Source: Leucoraja ocellata (taxonomy: Eukaryota). Taken from it: a stretch of DNA of 64,000 nucleotides. The notes beneath the pieces are model-generated. The model saw only the letters and a list, made by a program, of their open reading frames with translations. It had not been told where the DNA came from and searched no databases. Position 1 is the first letter of the stretch, and every line of letters starts with the position of its first letter. The position numbers were made by a program, and so were the translations under genes. Shown here piece by piece: positions 38,736-48,443 of this stretch. The stretch covers positions 1,798,001-1,862,000 of the forward strand of contig JAWMAR010000388.1 in NCBI GenBank assembly GCA_036785375.1, in the 5' to 3' direction.

Positions 38736-39039
38736 CTGCAAAGCAAAGGCCACATGAATGTTAACCTCTCTCTCTCTCTCTTGTCTATTTCATGCAACTT
38801 CACCTGAGTATCACACACTATTAGTTAATCACTCCGCCTTGATCCCACCTTGGAAAACATTGGCTGAAAACGTCTTGGGTGCCAATATCTGGCAGTTACT
38901 GCCAAATGTACGCACAATTTCGAGTTGGAAATATATCGATAGGCCTCCAGTATTAATTACTGTAAAATTCCCAGCATTTCTCAGGAATGCTCAATGGCTA
39001 TAACTAACGTTGGCGTATGTGTTACAATCTCACCAAACT

Positions 39040-39500
39040 TCTTGTTGCGACTGGGGATGATGGAGCAAGGGCGGATCTACGGGATACAGTGTAGACACGT
39101 GTGAGAGTCTCGTCTATTGTAAAAGTGGAGAATACCCGCTCTCTAAAGAATGAGGACCTCGGATATCCTGGGATGGAACAACTCATCTTGGGAGCAGTTG
39201 CACGGAGATGGATGAATTTGGGAATAGGACATACAGTCTTTGCAGGAGGCAAGGTTGGAAGAGGTGTAGTCCTGATAGCTGTGTGAGTCCGTAGATTTGT
39301 CATTTACGTCAGTCGATAGTCTATCTCCTGCGATGGAGACGGTGAGATCAACAAAGGGGAGGTATGTGTCGGGGATAGACCCGGGGAATTTGATCGTACG
39401 GTCAAAGTTTGTAGACAATGAAGTCGATGAGTTCTGCATGGGTACAAGAGGAAGAGTTCGGGGAATCGGCCAGTCTGTGTCAGGGGTTGTCCCGTGTACC
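39040..39500 (-). mobile_element. Penelope-like element RT fragment in the J-Cmu intron
   Basis: PFVDLTVSIAGDRLSTDVNDKSTDSHSY motif. Confidence 0.8.
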
Positions 39501-39535
39501 CAACTAAATGGAAATTGGTGAATGAAATGATGTGC

Positions 39536-41041
39536 AATGTTGGAAACAACATTTTCTCTGCTATTTGAATCGAACAGTTATCCCACTAATCCGTGAACAG
39601 AGTGGGAATTGAAATCAATGGTTCAAACGAGGGGTTGACTGACGTTCAAAATTACATTTGCATTTATTTAATTAAAATTAAATAATTTTGGTAGGTTTCG
39701 CTTGGGCCACTGAGAGGGCCCGTGGCTAAACTTTTGATTTGAAGGAAGAGGGAAGAGTTTTTGTCATAAATGGTTCAGAGATTATCCGATAAAATCAGAA
39801 ACAATGGAAGGATGGCTGTGGTTTTCCACATCGGGTCCCGAACATAATTTGGGAGAAGACAAAAAATAAACAATCACAATCTTGTTCGTGTAATTTGGCC
39901 TTAAATGTGTCCATCGAACGAAACCAACTAAGGGGGTGAATGGGATTGAAATGGTAGCGACAAATAACACACTTCAAATGTTACTTTTTAACTGTATTTT
40001 GTTGTCCCATCACTCACGAAAATATACCGATCATTTCTATGTCGACCGTAATTGCAAGGACATTCCAAAAAGCAAACCAGCCGGCAAGAACATTACATTC
40101 ATACCAGATTAAAAACATGTATGAGATTGCATTGGTAAGGATTAAAAAGAACTCCCTCAATATAATATCTGAATTAGTAAAGGTTATGTACCACAACTTC
40201 TGGAAACTAAATGTAGCATATAAATTGTAACAACATGTTAATACTTCGTAATTAAATAAATTGGCACATGTTTCAAATGTTTGTCTGTGTACATCATTGC
40301 CTCAATGAATTCAATAATAATCAATTAAAATTAATGTTGATGCAATTCAGTTCAGTTTCCAGCATCTTTAAAACGAGTTTACGTTTACAATGTGATCGGC
40401 ACGGAAGAACGAATGATTAACATTGTATCACTGTGTTTAAGAAGGAACTGCAGATGCTGGAAAATCGAAGGTACACAAAAAAGCTGGAGAAACTCAGCGG
40501 GTGCAGCAACATCTACGGAGCGAAGGAAAAGGGCAACGTTTCGGGCCGAACCCCTTCTTCAGACGGGTTTGTATCATTGTAAACATTGTATCACTGTCCG
40601 ATAGGAAACGAATATCAAATATACCAATTATAAATTATAACCTGCAATCTATTAAAACAATATCTGAGTTTGCTTCGTGACTTTAACAGGAAAAGGCTTT
40701 CATTCATATAGATGAAGTTTACTTAGAATAGTGAAAATGCACAATGTTGCTAAATCAATGTCTTAATTAAATAAATGCAAATGTAAATTTGAACGCCACT
40801 CAAACCCTCCTTTAAGCCATGGATTTCAATTCGCACTCTGTTCAATGATTAATGGGATACCCTGTTTTGTAATTAAAATTAAGATAGCGGAGTCAGGGGA
40901 TATGGGGAGAAGGCAGGAAAGGGGACTGATTGGGGAAGATCAGCCATCACATTAAATGGCGGTGCTGGCTCGAAGGACCGAATGGCCTCTACTCCTGCAC
41001 CTATTGTCTAAATTAGCAGAGAAAATTCCGTTTCCAACATT
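39536..41041. promoter_or_regulatory. Inverted pair of ~140-150-bp elements, each with a perfect octamer (39656-39663, 40775-40782); candidate intronic enhancer
   Basis: 39536-39675 is the reverse complement of 40763-41041 once a CR1 tail insert (~40881-41009) is removed; the enhancer role is inferred. Confidence 0.5.
40435..40565 (-). mobile_element. Penelope-like terminal-repeat fragment with 16-bp flanking duplication
   Basis: AACATTGTATCACTGT at 40419-40434 and 40582-40597. Confidence 0.75.
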
Positions 41042-42900
41042 CCATTTTTCCCAATTTCTCTTTTTTTTTACCGCAACTATTCGTAAAACGGACATTTTTC
41101 ATTAGCAATTCAGTAGAGGAACATTTTGTTTAAATGACATTTGGAGCCATAGACAAACACGAATTCAAATTCGCTTTCTAATAAATCCACGGATTACAAA
41201 TTATTCAAGAACTGCATCCCCCGTTTTACATTCAACGCATTTTCCAAATGGGAAAACTCGTGATCTTTGACATAAAACAGAGAAATGGGTCATTGGGTTA
41301 GGCAGCATTTGTGGAAAGAGGAAAGCAAGCATTTGCCAGGTCGACTATCGTTGGGAGAATAAACCATGGCGAATTCAGTTTCGATTAGAGATATAGCATA
41401 GAAATAGATCCTTCTGCCAACCAAATCCACGGCGACACACAAGTTCTACGTTATCTCACCCCCGACCCACCCGGGTCAATCACCCGGGTCAATTAACCTG
41501 CAAACCTGCACTCTTTTGGGTTGTGGGAGGAAAGCAGAGAACCAGTAACAAACCGCAGGGAGAACGCACAGTTCTCAGTCTGCACCTGATTTCAGGAACG
41601 AAGTCGTGTCTCTGGCGCTACCAGCTGTCATTCGGCTCCCCTCTATGGGATTTGTCTTTCGCCACAGGCTGCGTGACCCTCTAGGTGTTTGCAACATTTA
41701 CTCTTCCTATTTATGATTTCTAATAATTTCTTGTTATTTTTATTTTTAAACATATATCTTCTTTGCGTTTATTGAAATAACCGAATCGGACACTTCATAC
41801 AACAGCAATACCCGGTCCTGCCAATCGAATGGAACGTACAAACACGTCCAATTGCGCACCAAATATCGTCTCCCACAATGACCGGCTGAATCATACCGCC
41901 GATGGGATCAATCGCTTAACACAAATTTGCTGAAACTCTTCACAAAAATCCAAATATCTCTGTCCAAAGACCACCGATATTCATTGTTCCATTGACCACC
42001 GAGCCAATCATTGTTGAAATAACGAGGAATAACACAATACACGTGGATTACATAGATAACATTTCCATATAATGTGAATTTCATTCAGTTCCTCCGTCAC
42101 GCTAGTTCCTCTGTCCCCTATTACACCCGGTACATTGTCATTCTGTAGATCGCGTTTCACGGACTTTGCTTTCTTAGCTTTGCTGTATCATTGGTTCACA
42201 TGGCCAACTCATTGTACTTCAAGATAGACACAAAAAGTTGTAGTAACTCAGCGGGAGAAGCAGAGTTACTCCAGCTTTGTGTCAATCGGCAACATAAATC
42301 AGCATCCACAGTTCCTCCCTATTCATTGTACTTCAAGATATATAACTGACGCTGAACCTTGCTGTCTGTGTTTTGCTGCAAGAAATGTTTACTTCTTCCA
42401 TGCAAGTTTTGTTAGCGATTGGATTAAAGTTGGCAAGGTGATTCCACCAATTAATACATACACTTTAAAAACTTGAACATTTTACACCCAGGATTTATCC
42501 GTTTGTGTCGTTTGTTTCATATGCGCTGAGAAGAAACAAACTGAGACAAAGTACCTGCTGTTGATCAGAAAATACAGTTCGATGCATCGCAGATCAAGGA
42601 CCACAACAATCTCAAACAATTAGAAAGCCTAGTGAAAGCAAATTGATGCACATTTTCCCAGTAATTAGGAACTTAAACCGAATCCGTTTCATAGTCAAAG
42701 GATCGAAAGTCATAGCACACAAGGCAAGTTTAAATCGTGAATCTTGCAGCGGAATCACATAACATTTTAAAGCAACATCGATCCAACATTGCAATGAATG
42801 GGTAATTAATGTAGAGGAACAATTTAATATGATTATTGGAAATATCGAGTAAAATTACAACTGGATACATCTAGATACTGAATAGGATGAAGTTTCTTAC

Positions 42901-42950
42901 CGTTGGTTACCGTCAACATGGTGCCTCCTCCCCAGTAGTCATGATAGTAA
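42901..42950 (-). CDS. IGHJ: JH segment (YYHDYWGGGTMLTVTN)
   Basis: WGxG motif; gtaag donor in phase with Cmu1; flanked by a 23-RSS. Confidence 0.97.
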
Positions 42951-42989
42951 CACAGTGTTACATTCTATGGGCTGCCTCACACAATAACA
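42951..42989 (+). other. 23-RSS of JH
   Basis: CACAGTG (42951-42957) + 23 nt + ACAATAACA (42981-42989). Confidence 0.93.
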
Positions 42990-43314
42990 TGATCTGCACA
43001 AGGTAGGCAAAAAAAAAAAATTCCTGTAATTATTCGTATTTCACATCGAAAGCGAATGACTTATTGCTCTTTGAAAACAATGAATGCGTTAAATAAATCA
43101 TTTCCAACAATAATCAGATACCACGGCTCCGTGTATTAAACAGGGCAGTGAAATGTGATAAGAATTATCTACATATAAAATACAAATTACTTCAAGTTAC
43201 CTATACAACAAAATGTGCGAAAATATCCCTGGACATGTTTATGCTCTTGTTGTATGAAATATTGAATTGAAAATATCATATACTGGCCCAGACCACCGTA
43301 TTATGGGTTGTGGA

Positions 43315-43342
43315 TGTTTTTGTATTGGTAGGAACCGCTGTG
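43315..43342 (-). other. 12-RSS at the 3' end of the fused V-D segment
   Basis: CACAGCG + GTTCCTACCAAT (12 nt) + ACAAAAACA. Confidence 0.93.
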
Positions 43343-43668
43343 TACAATATAGTTCCATTGGGCCCTCGCACAGTAATAGACAGCCGTGTCTTCGATCTTC
43401 AGGCTGCTGGCCGTCACGATGAAGATATTATTCGTATAGTCTTTGGACGGAGTAAATCGGCTCTCTATCCCCGGAGGGAAGTACTTGGTGTAAGTAGAAC
43501 CGTAGTAGGTAAGCAGCCACTCCAGCCCCTGCCCGGGGACCTGGCGGACCAAAGCCATCCAGTAGCTGCCAACACTGAACCCGCTGACTTTACAGGTCAG
43601 TGTGATGGAGCCTCCAGGAGTGGCCGTCTCTGTCTTGGGCTGGGTTAGAACGATATCGGAATGGACGC
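43343..43668 (-). CDS. IGHV: VH exon fused in frame to D-like sequence ([39 protein letters not shown]...[12 protein letters not shown])
   Basis: tgcag acceptor, both V-domain Cys, [13 protein letters not shown]; 21 extra nt before the heptamer. Confidence 0.95.
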
Positions 43669-43840
43669 CTGCAAGTTAAAAACAAGGCATGAATGGCGAG
43701 GATAAAATATTGACCATTGATCCCGACTCTAATTATCAAGAGGAAATAATTGGGACGGTTCTAGAGTGGGTAGAAGGGGAATGGTGTAGTGGATACACCA
43801 CTGTGAAACTTGCGTGGGGAATTTGTCCAACATCACTCAC

Positions 43841-43886
43841 GGACTATTAACGCCAGGAACAAACTCAGTGAAACCGCCGACCTCAT
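43841..43886 (-). CDS. IGHV: VH leader exon (MRSAVSLSLFLALIV)
   Basis: 46-nt hydrophobic signal exon, gtgagt donor in phase with the V exon. Confidence 0.93.
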
Positions 43887-43976
43887 CCCGCTGGGAAGTG
43901 TGACCCTGTTGTTTCTGTACAGAACCTCGCAACAAACCAACTGCAAGGAAGTTGGATTTCGGCCCCTCTTAGAGAG

Positions 43977-44046
43977 AATTAAATACCCGGCAAAAGAGGG
44001 CGCGGCTGTGGGCGGGACTTGTAAACCGAGTGGTGCAGCGGGCGGA
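43977..44046 (-). promoter_or_regulatory. Candidate VH promoter: TATTTAA box and two GC boxes, no proximal octamer
   Basis: TATTTAA at 43979-43985 (minus strand); GGGCGG at 44010-44015 and 44040-44045. Confidence 0.55.
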
Positions 44047-44101
44047 GCTGAAACACGGCCCCCAACTCAACAGCAACATGGACTCACGCTATCACATCTA
44101 T

Positions 44102-44733
44102 TAGACACATAGAAACATAGAAAATAGGTGCAGGAGTAGGCCATTCGGCCCTTCGAGCCTGCACCGCCATTCAATATGATCATGGCTGATCATCCAACTC
44201 GGTATCCTGTACCTGCCTTCTCTCCATATCCCCTGATACATTTAGCCATAAGGACCACATCTAACTCCCTCTTAAATATAGCCAATGAACTGGCCTCAAC
44301 TACCTTCTGTGGCAGAGAATTCCAGAGATTGACCACTCTCTGTGTGAAAAAGGTTTTCCTCATCTCAGTCCTAAGAGTTCCCCCTTATCCTTAAACTGTG
44401 ACCACTTGTTCGGAACTTCCCCAACATCGGGAACAATCTTCCTGCATCTAGCTTGTCCAACCCCTTAAGAATCTTGTAATTTTCTATAAGATCCCCCCTC
44501 AATCTTCTAAATTCTAGCGAGTACAAGCCGAGTCTATCCAGTCTTTCTTCATATGAGTCCTGACATCCCAGGAATCAGTCTGGTGAACCTTCTCTGTATT
44601 CCCTCTATGGCAAGAATGTCTTTCCTCAGATTAGGAGACCAAAACTGTACGCAATACTCCAGGTGTGGTCTCAGCAAGACCCTGTACAACTGCAGTAGAA
44701 CCTCCCTGCTCCTATACTCAATTCCTTTTGCTA
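44102..44733 (-). mobile_element. CR1 3' fragment ~215 bp upstream of the VH ATG
   Basis: AGAAACAT tail and CR1 ORF2 C-terminal sequence. Confidence 0.9.
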
Positions 44734-44809
44734 TATATTGCTTATATTTTGCTTATATTGTGTAAGGGGCGGAAAAGCACGCTGTTTTATTAACCTCTTG
44801 TGCATCTGT

Positions 44810-45243
44810 ATCAGCAAGGAGCATTCGTAATAAGGTGGATGAGTTGAATGTGCGGATAGCTATTAATGACTATGATATAGTTGGGATCACAGAGACATGG
44901 CTCCAGGGTGACCAAGGCTGGGAGCTGAACATCCAGGGATATTCAATATTCAGGAGGGATAGACAGAAAGGAAAAGGAGGCGGGGTAGCGTTGCTGGCTA
45001 GAGAGGAGATTAACGCAATAGAAAGGAAGGACATTTGCTGGGAGGATGTGGAATTATATGGGTAGAGCTGCGAAACACTAAGGGGCAGAAAACGCTAGTG
45101 GGAGTTGTGTACAGGCCACCTAACAGTAGTAGTGGAGTTGGGGATGGCATCAGACAGGAAATTAGAAATGAGTGCAACAAAGGTAAAACAGTTATAATGG
45201 GTGACTTCAATCTACATATAGATTGGGTGAATCAAATTGCCAT
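44810..45243 (+). mobile_element. CR1 ORF2 APE endonuclease fragment
   Basis: DIVGITETWL, GGGVAL, VVYRPPN, IMGDFN. Confidence 0.88.
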
Positions 45244-45249
45244 AACTGC

Positions 45250-47423
45250 ACTATGAGACGAGGGACGTAAAGCGGTGGTCCGACCAGTCAGAGGCCATGC
45301 TGCAAGATGCACTGAGTGAAGTCGACTGGAATATGTTCGAAGCAAGTTCCAGTGACGTCAGTGAGTTCGCGGAAGCAGTCACGGACTTCATCGCAACAGT
45401 AACCGACAACATCGTCCCCACGGTAAGGGTAAGCACCTTTCCGAACCAAAAACCCTGGGTAGACAGGTCTGTTCATGTGGCCGTGAATGCTCGTACCGCT
45501 GCCTACAACTCGGGCTTGGCATCAGGAAACATGGACGTCTACAAGGCAGAGTCCTACCGACTGCGAAGGGCGGTGAAGGACGCAAAGAGAAGGTACAGGG
45601 ACAAGATGGAGTTACAGATGGAGCAGCAGGACACCAGAAGCCTGTGGCAGGGGTTACGGATTGTAACCAACTACCGGAGCACCCCTTCCTCATCCGCAGG
45701 TGCCGGCACCTCCCTAGCTGACGACCTGAACTCCTTTTACGCTCGTTTCGAGAGGGGCAACACCACTCCAGGTCTGCCGACTATCGACAATACCGCCAGC
45801 GGGCTGGCTAACGAGGCTGAAGGGAGGAATGTGCACACATTCTCGCAGTCTGAGCATGACGTGAGGAGGGCACTGACATGGGTGAACACGAGAAAAGCTG
45901 CAGGCCCCGATGGCATCTCGGGGCGAGTACTCAAGTCCTGTGCTACGTAGCTAGCTCCAGTGCTGACTACATTATTCAACCTCTCCCTGGACAAGTCCGT
46001 GGTCCCTGCCTGCTTCAAAAAATCCATCATTGTACCGGTACCAAAAAATGCCTCCCCAGCCTGTCTGAATGACTACCGTCCGGTGGCCCTTACCTCGGTA
46101 GTCATGAAATGCTTTGAGAGGCTGGTGAAGAATCACATCTGCGCCTTCCTCCCTCGGAACATGGACCCGTTGTAGTTCCCATACCGTCCGAACAGATCCA
46201 CGGACGATGTGGTCTCCCAGGTCTTGCACACCGCTCTCTCCCATCTGGACAGCCAGAAGGGGGGCTACGTGAGGATGCTGTTCATAGACTACAGTTCAGC
46301 CTTCAACACGATAGTCCCCACCAGACTGGCCGGGATGCTAATGGAATTGGGCTTCAACACCTCCCTGTGTGCCTGGGTCCTGGACTTTCTCACCGCCAGG
46401 CCCCAGGTAGTCAAGATGGGAGGGAATACATCAGAGTCCCTCACCCTGAGCACAGGATCGCCCCAGGGTTGCGTCCTCAGCCCCCTATTGTACTCCCTGT
46501 ACACACATGACTGTGTGGCTAGGTTCAGCTCCAATTCAATAATTAAGTTTGCTGATGACACTGTGGTGGTGGGCCTGATCTCAGACAACGACGAGAAGGT
46601 GGCTGATCTAGCACTCTGATGCCAGGATAACAGCCTCCTCTTGAACATCAAAAAAACGAAGGAGCTGATCATGGACTTTAGGAGGGCACATCATCCGAGG
46701 ACGTACACTCCATTGAGGATAAATGGGGATCCTGTGGATAGGGTGAACTGTTTTAAATATCTGGGAGTCCACATCTCCGAGGATATGACATGGGCATCAC
46801 ACGCCTCAGCACTCGTGAGTAAGGCAAGGCAGCGCCTTTACCACCTCAGGCAATTGAGGAAATTCAGAGTGTCTCCGAGGATCCTCCAGTGCTTCTACGC
46901 AGCGGCGGTGGAAAGCATCTTGTGCGGGAACATTACCATCTGGTTTGGGAATTGCTCTGCCAAGGACAAGAAGGCTCTGCAGAGAGTAGTGCGTTCGGCC
47001 GAACGCACTATGGGAACTTCACTCGCCCCCCTGCAGGAACTATACAACAGGAGGTGCAACTCCAGAGCAAATAAAATCATGGGAGACCCCTTCCACCCCT
47101 GCAACGGACTGTTCCAGCTGCTACGGTCAGGCAAACGCCTCCGTTGCCATGCGGTGAGAACGGAGAGGTTGAGAAGGAGTTTCTTCCCAGAGGCAATTCG
47201 GACTGTAAATGCCTATCTCACCAGGGACTAACTCTACTGAACGTTTTTCCTTCCATTATTTATTATGTAAAAGAATATGTGTGTTATGATTGTGTTTATA
47301 ATTTGTTTGGTTGTTTTGTTGTCTGTCTTTTGCATAAAAGTCCGCGAGCATTGCCACTTTCATTTCACTGCACATCTCGTATGTGTATGTGACAAATAAA
47401 CTTGACTTGACTTGACTTGACTT
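45250..47423 (+). mobile_element. Rex1/Babar LINE, 5'-truncated, with in-frame stops
   Basis: [37 protein letters not shown]; stops at 45948, 46173, 46617; (CTTGA)n tail. Confidence 0.92.
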
Positions 47424-48443
47424 GCATCTGTGAATTTGTCACGTGTGGCATTCATATGTATGCAGAGAATGTTATTAATCCCAGCCATTGTTGGTAAATA
47501 AAGAGATATGATACATGTTCTCAGTAAACCTAGCTTTGTAGAAATATTATTGACTAACATCATCCATATGCACTTCAACTTTATTTTTACAGGAGAGAAC
47601 ATTGACAATTTAAAATAAATGTCTCTGGTGTAATCTGTTCAGAGATTTGCATTTCTTTCTCACTTTATCTGTTTTCCGCCTCTGGGGAAACATTGCTTCT
47701 GTTTCTGTCCTTCAGTAAACGAACCTGGGTCTGGGGCTGTTGAAATCACTGTTTATTTAAATCAGCTCATCTCTGTTTCCAGCCATTTTTAGATCAACAC
47801 AAACAAGGCAATGAAGATATCATTCTCGACGGCGATTATATGTTTTAACAATATTAGCAGTTGGCGCGAATCAACTGGATTCTCCGAGGGAGTCTATTTT
47901 ATCATATCTTGTTCAAATAAAATGGTGCATTTATATTACAGATTCACCAGAATATTTTGCTGTCCACTTGAATCTCCACTTGAAGAAATGTCTAAGCAAG
48001 CGAGGTCAATGGAGGAATCGAGTGCTTTCCACACCTCCACTGTAGNNNNNNNNNNNNNNNNNNNNNNNNNNNNNNNNNNNNNNNNNNNNNNNNNNNNNNN
48101 NNNNNNNNNNNNNNNNNNNNNNNNNNNNNNNNNNNNNNNNNNNNNNNNNNNNNNNNNNNNNNNNNNNNNNNNNNNNNNNNNNNNNNNNNNNNNNNNNNNN
48201 NNNNNNNNNNNNNNNNNNNNNNNNNNNNNNNNNNNNNNNNNNNNNNNNNNNNNNNNNNNNNNNNNNNNNNNNNNNNNNNNNNNNNNNNNNNNNNNNNNNN
48301 NNNNNNNNNNNNNNNNNNNNNNNNNNNNNNNNNNNNNGCACGATCCACTGCAATGTACGTCCAGGCCCAAGTAAGAATTTATTTGTAGCGCTCTCGGCAC
48401 TTATGAAAATTATACATTCTTGATACTTGACGCGTCATGTGTT

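Larger units (their letters stand above)
31481..43886 (-). other. IGHM: Complete cluster-type IgM heavy-chain locus: L-[V-D(D) pre-joined]-J-Cmu1-Cmu2-Cmu3-Cmu4/sec-TM1-TM2
   Basis: All exons found in order on one strand, GT-AG junctions in compatible phase, no stops. Confidence 0.95.

Noticed and set aside
43369-43375. Cryptic heptamer TACTGTG at the VH 3' end (VH replacement)
   Set aside because: A by-product of YYC codons in most VH genes, and no upstream donor V is seen in the window.
43799-43805. Perfect heptamer CACAGTG (minus strand) in the leader intron
   Set aside because: No nonamer at 12- or 23-nt spacing.
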